Notes: a model not told the origin generated them from the sequence alone. A stretch of 64,000 nt of DNA from a candidate division Kazan bacterium RIFCSPHIGHO2_01_FULL_44_14 (GCA_001771185.1 METB01000001.1:375200-439199), one strand, 5' to 3'. Shown: positions 20,538 to 29,568, counted from the first letter of the stretch. Made by a program: numbers and translations.

Positions 20538-21324
20538 GATGGGTGATAGTAGCCACGGCTTTTTCTTCGTGGCCAAATGACTTATAAATAATAACTTGCT
20601 GGATCGCCATAACAATCGTAGTGGTCGCCCAGTATAATCCTAAAGCAGAGGGGAGGGTCAAAGCAATCACCAGAGTCATGACCGGGAAAATATATAGCAT
20701 GGCTTGGTTGGTGATGTTTTGTTGCCCGGTTGCCTTGGTGGTCTTGGCAGTATATCGGATGGTTACCTGGCTCTGAACCAACTGGGCTACTCCGGCCAAT
20801 ATGGCTAAGTATATATTACGGGAGGTTAAATCTACCATGAGGGCCGGGATGTGGGTAAATTGAAGGAAAACCGTGTGCAGTTCCACTGGGGGATGCGGGA
20901 ACCAACCATAAAGATGGACCAAGCTGGCGGTGTTTAAACCAGCCCAGAATACTCGGTACAGCGCCAACAAAATCGGCAATTGAATAATCAGCGGCAGACA
21001 GCTGCCGAAGAGATTGATTTTGTGTTCTTTGTAAATTTTCATAATCTCTTCGGACTGTTTCTTTTGGTCGTCCTTGTAGTCGGCTTTGATTTTTTCAATA
21101 TACGGTTGGACCTTCTGAATGTCGTGCTGGGACTTCAAACTGTTCCGATATGAGGGTTGTAAAATCAATCGGATAAGAACCGTCAGAGCAATGATGGCCA
21201 ACCCGAGGTCTTGGCCTGGGATATAAACATAGAACAACACCAGAATATTCAAAAGCGGAACATACAAAAGCTTCCCAATCCAGCCGTTCCACATTGCCTC
21301 GCTAATTTGCAGTTTGTTATTCAT
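20524..21324 (-). CDS. yidC: Membrane protein insertase YidC (short form)
   Basis: Five TM helices and a conserved C-terminal half. Position between jag and yidD fits. Confidence 0.8.
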   Translation of the reverse strand: MNNKLQISEAMWNGWIGKLLYVPLLNILVLFYVYIPGQDLGLAIIALTVLIRLILQPSYRNSLKSQHDIQKVQPYIEKIKADYKDDQKKQSEEIMKIYKEHKINLFGSCLPLIIQLPILLALYRVFWAGLNTASLVHLYGWFPHPPVELHTVFLQFTHIPALMVDLTSRNIYLAILAGVAQLVQSQVTIRYTAKTTKATGQQNITNQAMLYIFPVMTLVIALTLPSALGLYWATTTIVMAIQQVIIYKSFGHEEKAVATITHHGDQ

Positions 21325-21447
21325 CCCGTTAGAAATAGCGCCCCAGCGTTTTTGCCCTGGCGTTAGCGATATAAATGTAATTTTATAATAACCATCTGTC
21401 TAGTTTGCTTCTGTTCGTCCCGGCAGGTGATTGTTAACGGGATTCAT
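21325..21447. repeat. IR-bounded ~120-bp mini-element (MITE-like): CCCGTTAGAAAT ... (A/T)TT(G/C)TTAACGGG
   Basis: Terminal inverted repeats. Homologous at both ends to the element at 22151..22269 and to the termini of the GIY-YIG element at 37205..37481. Abuts the yidC start codon. Confidence 0.6.
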
Positions 21448-21451
21448 TTTG

Positions 21452-21700
21452 TTAATTGGTTTGTTTATTTAAAACTAGATCAATGCCGGGAGCCGCCCAC
21501 GGATGGCACCGCGAAACCCTAGCCATCCCCAAAAACACCCCGCGGATTACTCCATGCTGTTCGATTGATTGCTTAACATATTCGCTACAGGTTGGCTGAA
21601 GTCGACAAACCCCGGTTGGATGCCACAGTCCCGGCCAACCCTGGTGGGGGACAAGCGTGTTTTGATACAGCGTGATTGCCTTGATCAATAAAGTTTTCAT
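21452..21700 (-). CDS. yidD: Membrane protein insertion efficiency factor YidD
   Basis: CRLQPTCSEY motif and small size. Confidence 0.8.
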   Translation of the reverse strand: MKTLLIKAITLYQNTLVPHQGWPGLWHPTGVCRLQPTCSEYVKQSIEQHGVIRGVFLGMARVSRCHPWAAPGIDLVLNKQTN

Positions 21701-21999
21701 TTGATTTGATTCAGAATGCTGCCCAGTTCCGACTTAATCTGCTGGAAAGATAGGTCGAGGATTGGCTTACGAGCGATAATAATTACCCCGGTGTTAGCCG
21801 ACAGATTTTTCTGGAGAATCACCCTGATCCGACGGCGAATTTTGTTCCTGGCTGCTGCTCGCTTATCCACCTTTTGCCCAGCCACAATCCGAGGCCGGGG
21901 AGCTGGAGTTTGCTTCATATAATACACCGTAAAAGCAGGGCGGTAGATGCGTCTGCCTCGGCGCATCACTTCATCCAACCGATCGGCATCTGTTTTCAT
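21697..21999 (-). CDS. rnpA: RNase P protein component
   Basis: Basic ~100-aa protein (KVDKRAAARNKIRRRIR) located immediately downstream of rpmH. Start set at MKTDAD. Confidence 0.75.
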   Translation of the reverse strand: MKTDADRLDEVMRRGRRIYRPAFTVYYMKQTPAPRPRIVAGQKVDKRAAARNKIRRRIRVILQKNLSANTGVIIIARKPILDLSFQQIKSELGSILNQIK

Positions 22000-22015
22000 G
22001 ATAAACCCAGCGCCG

Positions 22016-22150
22016 TTAGGCGCTGATCCGTTTGCGTCCCTTGGCCCGCCGACGCTGCAACACGGCCCGTCCGTCCTTGGTTGCCATCCGGGCACGAAAG
22101 CCATGGACCCTGGCCCGCTTTATTTTTTTGGGCTGGTAAGTTCTTTTCAT
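22016..22150 (-). CDS. rpmH: 50S ribosomal protein L34
   Basis: Hand translation gives [44 protein letters not shown]. At 44 aa it is below the ORF-track cutoff. Confidence 0.9.
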   Translation of the reverse strand: MKRTYQPKKIKRARVHGFRARMATKDGRAVLQRRRAKGRKRISA

Positions 22151-22269
22151 CCCGTTAGAAATAGGAAACCTAGCGTTTCCGTTTCTGGCTTAAAATTATC
22201 CTCGTATATACTTCCTCGTTTATTCTCCCTAATCCTTGTCGACTGTCCCGATAGGTGATTTCTAACGGG
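22151..22269. repeat. IR-bounded ~120-bp mini-element: CCCGTTAGAAAT ... ATTTCTAACGGG
   Basis: Perfect 12-bp terminal IR. Abuts the rpmH start codon. Confidence 0.6.
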
Positions 22270-22280
22270 ATTCATTTGAT

Positions 22281-22545
22281 TTACCTACCTAGTATAGGCA
22301 GATTTATCGGTTCAGGTCAACGAAAGTAGATGAAAGTTCGCTCCATTGTACAAATGTGGATAACTCTGATAAATTGAAGTGTGCCCCGTAGAGAAATTTT
22401 GAAAATGCTGACGCATTGTTTATTGCTCTGAGAGGATTAAAATATTGTTACGGAACACAGTTATCCCCAACGGCTGACGGTGGGGATAACCCACTCAAAA
22501 TTCTTCTAACGGGGTGTGCGACAGGGGAAATTATTGGGGAAAATT
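22281..22545. promoter_or_regulatory. Probable oriC / dnaA promoter region
   Basis: Intergenic region between rpmH and dnaA. One perfect DnaA box (TGTGGATAA) and two near-consensus boxes (TTATCCCCA, TGGGGATAA). Confidence 0.55.
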
Positions 22546-23916
22546 ATGGACGACAAGGAAAAGTTGTGGCGAGCGGTCTTGGGAGAAATTGAAGTCGGCA
22601 TGAGCCCGGCGAATTTCCAGACCTGGTTTAAAAACACCTCCCTTGATGACATCCAAGAAACCAGCGGGATAGTGATAATTCGAGTGCCAAACGACTTTAC
22701 TAAGGGTTGGTTGCAGCAAAAATATCAAAAAGAGATTCACCGCTGTCTCAACAAACACCTTGGCCGGGTGGTAGTAGTCCAATATATAGTTGGAACCAAA
22801 AGAATAGTTCCTCAAGAGGGACGCCCGACCGACGCCCAACTTCCCGCCAACGTAAAACCGATCGAAGAGGTGGTGGTTGAAACCCCGCCAGAGGGACTTA
22901 ACCCCAAACTAACCTTTGAACAGTTTGTGGTGGGGGAGAATAGTAAACTTTGTCATGCCGCCGCCGAATCAGTTGCCAGACAACCGGGGGCCAATTACAA
23001 CCCACTATTTATCTATGGCGGAGTGGGTCTGGGGAAAACCCATCTTTTGCAAGCCATCGGTAACGAGATTCTAAAAAACAATCCCAAAGCCAGGGTCACC
23101 TATATCACTTCTGAACGATTCACTAATGAAATGGTGGAGGCCATCCGGCAAAAAGAGACCAAGGGGTTCAAAGATCGATATCGCCGACTAGATTGTTTAT
23201 TAATCGACGATATCCAATTCGTTTCCGGGAAAGAGCAAACCCAAGAGGAGTTTTTCCATACCTTTAACGCTCTACACAACGCCGGGAAGCAAATCGTGAT
23301 GACTTCCGACCGACCACCGAAAGCCATCCCAGCCCTGGAAGAGCGGCTCCGGTCTCGATTTGGGTGGGGAATGACCGCCGATATTTCCGCTCCGTCCTAT
23401 GAAACCCGGCTGGCAATTCTCCAATCTAAAGCCGCTGCCCAAAAGAAAGAGGTGGCAACCGATATTTTGGAGTATATCGCCAAGTCGGTTAAAAATAATG
23501 TTCGGGAGTTGGAGGGCGCTTTGACCCGAGTTTTGGCCTTTGCTGACCTGAACAATGCCACCCCGACCCTGGATGATGCTAAAAACTTACTCGGGGGGAT
23601 TCTAAATTCCCCAGGTAAAAAAATCGTCAGACCATCAGAAATTATCCGAGCAGTCGCCAACCACTTTAATTTAAAAAAAGAGGATATCTGCGGCCGAAAA
23701 CGGACCAGAGAGGTGGTGGTCCCTAGGCAAATTTTAACTTATTTTTTAAGAGAAGAGTTGGATATGCCCTATGCCCAGATTGGTCATGAGATTGGGGGAA
23801 GGGATCACACTACAATCATCCACGACTATAACAAAATTAAAGAAACAATCATCAATAATGATAGTTTAGACCAAGAAATCACCCAAATAAAAAATAAACT
23901 TTATGTGGTGGATTGA
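22546..23916 (+). CDS. dnaA: Chromosomal replication initiator DnaA
   Basis: Walker A (GGVGLGKTHL), Walker B/sensor region and a C-terminal DNA-binding domain. An alternative GTG start exists at 22516. Confidence 0.9.
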   Translation: MDDKEKLWRAVLGEIEVGMSPANFQTWFKNTSLDDIQETSGIVIIRVPNDFTKGWLQQKYQKEIHRCLNKHLGRVVVVQYIVGTKRIVPQEGRPTDAQLPANVKPIEEVVVETPPEGLNPKLTFEQFVVGENSKLCHAAAESVARQPGANYNPLFIYGGVGLGKTHLLQAIGNEILKNNPKARVTYITSERFTNEMVEAIRQKETKGFKDRYRRLDCLLIDDIQFVSGKEQTQEEFFHTFNALHNAGKQIVMTSDRPPKAIPALEERLRSRFGWGMTADISAPSYETRLAILQSKAAAQKKEVATDILEYIAKSVKNNVRELEGALTRVLAFADLNNATPTLDDAKNLLGGILNSPGKKIVRPSEIIRAVANHFNLKKEDICGRKRTREVVVPRQILTYFLREELDMPYAQIGHEIGGRDHTTIIHDYNKIKETIINNDSLDQEITQIKNKLYVVD

Positions 23917-24078
23917 GTGGGGAGAGACCTGAAATGGGTAAAGTTATCCACAACTTATCCCCAAACTACCAACTATTTACCCCCAACCTGGGTTTCTAGA
24001 AAATCACTCCCACAAACTATAATCTAAGTACTACCCAAAACACACACCTCTATAATCTACTACTAATTTTTTACTCTT

Positions 24079-25212
24079 ATGAATGAAGAAATTTCTATAA
24101 AGGATAGGATTGGGGCTGATATTTCTGTATCAGTGGTATTAGACAAATTAAGAAGTGCATTACAAGGAGTTGAAAGAGTAGTAACTAGTCGGAGTACTTT
24201 ACCGATTTTAAATAATGTTCTGATTAAGACCACTGGTAGTGGGGTAGAGATTATCGCAACTGATTTAGAAATTGGAATAAAATTCTTTTTGGGAGGGAAA
24301 ATAGATAAAGAAGGAAGTATTACAATCCCAGGAAGAACCTTAATTGGATTGATTAATACTCTACATGGAGACACAATTACTCTGTCGAGTAAAAATAATA
24401 TTCTCCAAGTTGTTTCTGGAGAAACTAAAGCCAGTGTTAATGGGGTTCCGGCTGATGATTTTCCAGTTATCCCAGAAGTAGAAAAAGGGAAAGTGGTAAG
24501 TGTAAAATCAGATGTATTTAAAGAACTATTGGCACAGGTTGATTTCGCGGCTTCAAGTGAAGAATCTAGACCGGTCTTAACTGGAGTGTATTTAATTTCA
24601 GGTGGAGGAACTTTAACGGCGGTGGCGACGGATAGTTATCGGTTGTCGGAGGTGGTGGTCAAAGAAAAATTAAGCGCTGATTTTTCGGTGATTATCCCAG
24701 TTAGAACTTTGCAAGAAATCAAGCGGGTGGTTGGAGACACTCCCCAATTTGAGCTTAGAATTGGAGACAACCAAATTATGGTGGTAACCGACAATGCGAC
24801 CCTAGTGTCTCGGATTATCGAAGGGGAGTATCCTAACTATAAACAAATTATTCCTCCAAAGAGCGACACTATTGTTGAGGTTGACATCCAAGAATTAACC
24901 GACGCAATCAAGACCGCGGCGATTTTTTCAATGGAGGGATCAAATACGGTTCGATTGAATATCCAATCAAGCGGGACAATTGAGGTGGTGTCGGAGTCAT
25001 CACAGGTCGGTAATTTTAATTCCAAGGTTAAGGCCGAGGTCAGGGGAGAAGGTGGAGAAATTTCGTTTAATGCAAAATATCTGCTCGACGGGTTGAATAG
25101 TTTTGATACCCCCAAGTGTACTCTGGGGATGAGTGGGAAAACCGCAGCCGGGGTATTTCGCCCAAGTGGGGTAGAAGACCGACTATATTTAGTGATGCCT
25201 CTAAGGAGTTAG
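24079..25212 (+). CDS. dnaN: DNA polymerase III beta sliding clamp
   Basis: 377 aa with three-domain clamp-like repeats, located after dnaA. Confidence 0.85.
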   Translation: MNEEISIKDRIGADISVSVVLDKLRSALQGVERVVTSRSTLPILNNVLIKTTGSGVEIIATDLEIGIKFFLGGKIDKEGSITIPGRTLIGLINTLHGDTITLSSKNNILQVVSGETKASVNGVPADDFPVIPEVEKGKVVSVKSDVFKELLAQVDFAASSEESRPVLTGVYLISGGGTLTAVATDSYRLSEVVVKEKLSADFSVIIPVRTLQEIKRVVGDTPQFELRIGDNQIMVVTDNATLVSRIIEGEYPNYKQIIPPKSDTIVEVDIQELTDAIKTAAIFSMEGSNTVRLNIQSSGTIEVVSESSQVGNFNSKVKAEVRGEGGEISFNAKYLLDGLNSFDTPKCTLGMSGKTAAGVFRPSGVEDRLYLVMPLRS

Positions 25213-25219
25213 GCGAGGG

Positions 25220-26335
25220 ATGCGTATCCAGGCCCTTCGGCTCAACCACTTCCGCAATCTAACCACTTTGGATTTGTCCTCTTTGGGTGAGGTGAATGTT
25301 TTGGTGGGGAAAAATGCTCAAGGCAAGACCAATATATTGGAGGCGATTTTCCTGGCGGCGTCGGGGGAGTCGTTTCGAGTTACCCAAGACAGATATTTAG
25401 TCCAACGCGGGGAAATTGATGCACAAGTGTTTATGGAGGCCACGACCAATGATGGTCGGGATAAGTTTGTCCAATTGTTTTGGGCGGTTGACGGGGGGAC
25501 AGTATCAAAATCGATTAAGCTGAACGCTCTGGTGGTCCCGCGAGCGGATTTAATTAAGACCATCCCGGTGGTGATTTTTTCACCGGAGGATATTGACCTG
25601 GTTCGGTTGAGCTCGGGACATCGGCGGAAGTTTTTGAATTTGGCGGTGGCCAGACACGATGCCGAATATCGGCAGGACTTAATGGAATATACTCGGATCT
25701 GGCGGCAGAGAAACCAACTATTATTACTAATCAAGCAGGGCCGAGAGTCGGAGGCGGAATTGGATGTGTGGGACAACCAATTGGCCGAGGTCGGTTCACG
25801 GATAGTTCGGAAACGGGCCGATTTTGTGTCAGACATCGCTCGGACAGTGGGTGAATATTACAAAACATTCGTACCTAATGGTAACGGGGCCGAACTTCGG
25901 TTGCGCTACGCTCCCAGTATTGGTTTGCCGAATAAAAATGATTATCTGGCGCAAATCCAAAGAGTCCGGCGGTTGGATATCGCTCGGGCAACGACAACCC
26001 ATGGGGTTCATCGAGACGATTTAGTGTTTATTTTGAATGACAGCGACATTCGGTACACGGCATCTCGGGGGGAGTTCCGCAGTGCCGTGTTGGCGTTGAA
26101 GTTGGCCGAAGGCAAATACCTGTATGGTAAGTTGGGGGACCGACCAGTGTTTTTGTTGGATGATGTTTTTTCAGAATTGGACGACGACAGAAGGGTGGCA
26201 TTGGCCGAGGAGATGAAGCAATACCAAACCTTCATTACCACCAATGACGCCAACATGGCGACATTGTTTAACCATCCAAAGGTATTTGAGGTGGTGAAAG
26301 GGGTCATCGCCACGCCGGAGACAGAAGCACAATAG
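25220..26335 (+). CDS. recF: DNA replication/repair protein RecF
   Basis: Walker A (GKNAQGKTNILEAI), an ABC/SMC signature-like region and D-loop (LLDDVFSELD). Confidence 0.85.
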   Translation: MRIQALRLNHFRNLTTLDLSSLGEVNVLVGKNAQGKTNILEAIFLAASGESFRVTQDRYLVQRGEIDAQVFMEATTNDGRDKFVQLFWAVDGGTVSKSIKLNALVVPRADLIKTIPVVIFSPEDIDLVRLSSGHRRKFLNLAVARHDAEYRQDLMEYTRIWRQRNQLLLLIKQGRESEAELDVWDNQLAEVGSRIVRKRADFVSDIARTVGEYYKTFVPNGNGAELRLRYAPSIGLPNKNDYLAQIQRVRRLDIARATTTHGVHRDDLVFILNDSDIRYTASRGEFRSAVLALKLAEGKYLYGKLGDRPVFLLDDVFSELDDDRRVALAEEMKQYQTFITTNDANMATLFNHPKVFEVVKGVIATPETEAQ

Positions 26336-26366
26336 TAGTTTCTTGTGCTCTCCGCTTTTTCATTCC

Positions 26367-26422
26367 GTCATTCCTACGAAGGCAGGAATCTTCCCCATCG
26401 TCATTCTGGCTTGTCCAGAATC
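26367..26422. repeat. Two tandem short palindromes (GTCATTC....GAATCT units)
   Basis: The units resemble the termini of the MITE family at 34524 and 35984. They sit just after the recF stop. Confidence 0.4.
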
Positions 26423-26649
26423 TTTTCAACATTCTTTTGCCACCCCATTTGCTTGCCCAAATATTATTTTGCTACCACTTTGCGTGGTCCTTGCGTGGTA
26501 GCACCGAAAGGACGGCCAGTCGTCGGGGCTATTCAATGGCTAAATCCGTGGGCGCTCTCGCTGAACTCGTCGTCCGTCAGCTGACGGACTCAAACAAGTG
26601 CCTTAAGCGACGGCGATTTTCCAAATGGCTCACGCTCGACTCCGGAGGG

Positions 26650-26700
26650 CGGATGAGGATGGGGTTACTTCTGACAAAGTGGACAGAAGTGAGTGCCGCG
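26650..26700 (-). pseudogene. Divergent duplicate of the mutM 3' end (..GRGTHFCPLCQK stop plus about 10 nt)
   Basis: About 85% nucleotide identity to 27513..27560. Minus-strand translation ends GRGTHFCPLCQK*, against GRGTHYCPICQK* in the real mutM. Confidence 0.55.
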
Positions 26701-26782
26701 ACCACTGTTTGACAAAAATCCGCTCCGGGAGTATGTTTTTGGTGTCTGTAGTTTTTGAACATTACAATCAAGGAGTGGATAG

Positions 26783-27322
26783 ATGATGGACAAGCAAGGA
26801 ACATCAGGGGTTACGTGGTGGATAGGGGTACTAATGGGGGCGGTGTTGGGAGTGGCCGTTGAGGCCCTTGTCTGCATGGTGCCGGTGGTCAATGGACTCC
26901 CGGCCGAAGTCAAAGCCACTGGCGCAGCAGACTCGGCGTTTGTTGGTGCGTTGTTTGGTGGGTGGTTGATTACAATAGGGATTGTGATCCTCCCCTTATT
27001 GGGTTATATCCCCTACTCCCTGACATCTGCCATTCGCTACTACATCGGGATGACGCCGACCGAGCGCCGGGCCTGGCGACTTCGGAGGAAGCTAGTGCGC
27101 GTCGCAGCTCGGAATAAGCGGATATTGCGCGAGGCCCAAGCTCGGGTCGAGATCGCTCGGTTGGAGGAGCAAAAGATCGCTGAACACCAAAGGACGGTCG
27201 ATGAGTTGGTCACCTGTGACCAGGAGGAGTACAAAACGGCGATGCGGATAACTCGGGCCCTTGAGCCGTCGTTAGCGGCAACGCCATCTCCCAAGCGATC
27301 TTCCCAAGCACATTTTCAGTAA
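26783..27322 (+). CDS. Hypothetical membrane protein (2 TM helices plus charged coiled-coil tail)
   Basis: A rho-independent terminator follows it. It lies inside the segment bounded by the mutM 3'-end duplicates. Confidence 0.45.
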   Translation: MMDKQGTSGVTWWIGVLMGAVLGVAVEALVCMVPVVNGLPAEVKATGAADSAFVGALFGGWLITIGIVILPLLGYIPYSLTSAIRYYIGMTPTERRAWRLRRKLVRVAARNKRILREAQARVEIARLEEQKIAEHQRTVDELVTCDQEEYKTAMRITRALEPSLAATPSPKRSSQAHFQ

Positions 27323-27393
27323 ACCCCGGATCTTCCGCGGATCTGTTTGTCGGGGGGTACCCCATCCCCTATCAAACCTTCAGTAAACCTATA

Positions 27394-27419
27394 AACCGCG
27401 GGTCTCCCGCGGTTTTTTT
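27394..27419 (+). terminator. Rho-independent terminator
   Basis: AACCGCGGG tctc CCGCGGTT hairpin followed by TTTTTTTA. Confidence 0.55.
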
Positions 27420-27519
27420 ATATCCGCCGGGTGGCGGATGATTCTATTGAATCATTTCTAGCCTCTCGACTTCGCTCGAGGTCAATGTTGACAAATCGGC
27501 CCCTCGGCTACGCTCGGGG

Positions 27520-28491
27520 TTACTTCTGACAAATTGGGCAATAGTGAGTACCTCGTCCATTGAGGCGGATTTTTTTGATGGTGCTGCCACAGCGTTTGCG
27601 GCAAGGTAGGTCTTTGCGGTCATAAGCCACGAGGTAGTTTTGCATTTGCCCCATTGCGCCCTCGGGGGTGCGGTGGGTGTTGACGCTGGTGCCCATGTAT
27701 TTGATACCTTTTTCTAAAACCTTTTTAATAGCAGAAACGAGTTTGGTGGTGTCGGCTTTGGTGATGGATTTGCCGAGTCGGGTTGGTTTGATGCCGGCGT
27801 AAAAAAGGGCTTCATCGGAATAGATATTGCCAATGCCGGTGACGAGAGATTGGTCTAAAATGATGGTTTTGATGTTGCTCTTGGGGCGACGCTGGATGGC
27901 GGAGTATAAAAAGGCGGGAGTAAAGTTTTTGTCGAACGGCTCCATCCCAAGGTTGGAAAAGAATTTGTCATTTGGGACTTCGGCGGTGGGAGTGAGTTTG
28001 ACCCAGCCGAACCGGCGTTGGTCATTGAAATAGAGATTTCCTTTACTTAACTCAAACCAAACCCGAGTGTGGCGGGACGGCATGGTTTCGATAAAGTTTT
28101 TGTCGGGATGGCCGTAGTTGAGGCGTCCTTTTTCTAATTTGTCACCCCGAACTTGTTTCAGGATCTTGGTTTTAGATGCCGAAACGAGTTCGGCATGACG
28201 AGAGTGGGGGATATAAATCAACTGCCCCGTCATTTTTAGGTGAATCAATAAAGAAAGATCTGACCCGCCCGCACTTCGAGCTGTGGCGGGTTGTTTTGCC
28301 AACGAAACAATAATGCCCTTGCCTCGACGGGTGATGTTTTTAATACTTGCCCCGCGGAGACCTTGTCTCTTTGCGGGGGTGAATCCGAGAGTGCTTCTGG
28401 CCGAGAGAATTTTGACCTGTTTAATTTTCTGCCCGACGATGTGTCGGGAGAGGCCTCTTACTACCGTCTCTACCTCGGGTAACTCTGGCAT
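27520..28491 (-). CDS. mutM: Formamidopyrimidine-DNA glycosylase (Fpg/MutM) with ~50-aa internal insertion
   Basis: MPELPEVE N-terminus with catalytic Pro2/Glu3, H2TH region, and a C-terminal zinc finger CRKRCGSTIKKIRLNGRGTHYCPICQK. Confidence 0.8.
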   Translation of the reverse strand: MPELPEVETVVRGLSRHIVGQKIKQVKILSARSTLGFTPAKRQGLRGASIKNITRRGKGIIVSLAKQPATARSAGGSDLSLLIHLKMTGQLIYIPHSRHAELVSASKTKILKQVRGDKLEKGRLNYGHPDKNFIETMPSRHTRVWFELSKGNLYFNDQRRFGWVKLTPTAEVPNDKFFSNLGMEPFDKNFTPAFLYSAIQRRPKSNIKTIILDQSLVTGIGNIYSDEALFYAGIKPTRLGKSITKADTTKLVSAIKKVLEKGIKYMGTSVNTHRTPEGAMGQMQNYLVAYDRKDLPCRKRCGSTIKKIRLNGRGTHYCPICQK

Positions 28492-28623
28492 AATGCAATC
28501 TCCTGGGTTATTGTTCCAATCCGCCAGTGGGCGGACTTCCGGGAATTCTTCCCTACAGCTTCGGGGAGCTCGGGCATACTGAAGAATTAAAAATTAAAAG
28601 TGGTTAGAGTTGGTGGGAATGGT

Positions 28624-28803
28624 TTATAGGGGGTAGAACGCTTGCCGGGTCCACTTGTCAAAAACCTGTGTCTTTTCTATCCCAAGAGAGGTGGTAATCA
28701 GTCGGGTATCATAGCGGGTGTTAAGGGCAAACAAGAAGCCAAGCATAATCGCAAGAAGGGCAAGGATGGGCCAAATATATTTTTCCCAGGGAGCAGTTTT
28801 CAT
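28624..28803 (-). CDS. Possible 59-aa single-TM protein (below the ORF-track cutoff)
   Basis: Hand translation gives MKTAPWEKYIWPILALLAIMLGFLFALNTRYD... No clear Shine-Dalgarno. Confidence 0.2.
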   Translation of the reverse strand: MKTAPWEKYIWPILALLAIMLGFLFALNTRYDTRLITTSLGIEKTQVFDKWTRQAFYPL

Positions 28804-28859
28804 GGTAGTGAAATTAATTAGTATAAGATTTTTTGAGAAGGACTTCGGGTTTAGGTTAA

Positions 28860-29447
28860 TTATTTATAGTGTTTGGGGTTGTGAGTAGCTCGGGTGTGTT
28901 GATCTGTGGCAGGGGGAGTATTAAGGCGGGTTACGATCGCCCAAAAGTGGGAATACATTTTTTCTTGTGCTTCATTGGTCAAAGTATTGTTGTGCAATAT
29001 GTCATTGCGCCACTGATTTAGATCCTTTAACTTAGTGACTAACGGGGTGTCTAACCTAAGCTCCTCACGAGCGAACTCGATCTTGCCATAGAAATTGGCA
29101 GTTTTTAGAAGGAGTTTTTTAATTTTTTTCTTAACACTTGAGTCGGAGGTTACATGGGAGCTTATATAATCGTCTAGCTCCCGCTCGCATACAAAGTGGT
29201 ATAGAATGAGTTCTGTTTTTTTGATTGCGATGTTAAACAATTCACCTCCACGAACCTGCTTTTTGTAGTGATTGTTAAATACTCGGGAGGCGGTAGCAGA
29301 AGTTCTTGTGGCTCTATTTGCCAACAGTTGTTTCAAAAGAGGAGCATCCTCTATATCGTTGGTTATTGCCATAAAAACCAATGGGTAGTAGAGCTTTTTA
29401 AGCTTTTCTCGTACTCCTTGGCTATTTGGAGTAATTGCACGGCTCAT
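28860..29447 (-). CDS. Hypothetical protein with possible HEPN-like RNxxxH motif
   Basis: C-terminal WRNDILHNN fits the R-x4-6-H pattern of HEPN RNases. The start codon overlaps the stop of the polA-fragment pseudo-ORF. Confidence 0.4.
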   Translation of the reverse strand: MSRAITPNSQGVREKLKKLYYPLVFMAITNDIEDAPLLKQLLANRATRTSATASRVFNNHYKKQVRGGELFNIAIKKTELILYHFVCERELDDYISSHVTSDSSVKKKIKKLLLKTANFYGKIEFAREELRLDTPLVTKLKDLNQWRNDILHNNTLTNEAQEKMYSHFWAIVTRLNTPPATDQHTRATHNPKHYK

Positions 29448-29448
29448 A

Positions 29449-29568
29449 TCTTTTTGGTTTCTCCCCAGCTTACTCCAGCTTCGACAACCACATGGATAGG
29501 GACATCGAGCTGATAGACATTTTCCATTTTGTCGCGGACGAGTTTGGTGATGGACTCTATCATTGATA
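29449..29568 (-). pseudogene. Divergent duplicate of the polA 3' end (39 codons)
   Basis: Minus-strand translation MIESITKLVRDKMENVYQLDVPIHVVVEAGVSWGETKKI* matches the PolA C-terminus KKVAKLVKDKMENVYQLDVPIHVDAEAGVNWGETKPA*. About 85% nucleotide identity to 30662..30780. Confidence 0.6.

Noticed and set aside
26345-26919. Track ORFs 26345..26584, 26437..26712, 26577..26804 and 26665..26919 in the recF-mutM intergenic repeat region
   Set aside because: They overlap one another across palindromic repeats and have no start context. Only the C-terminal 13 codons of 26665..26919 are meaningful, as a mutM 3'-end duplicate, and that is reported as a pseudogene fragment.
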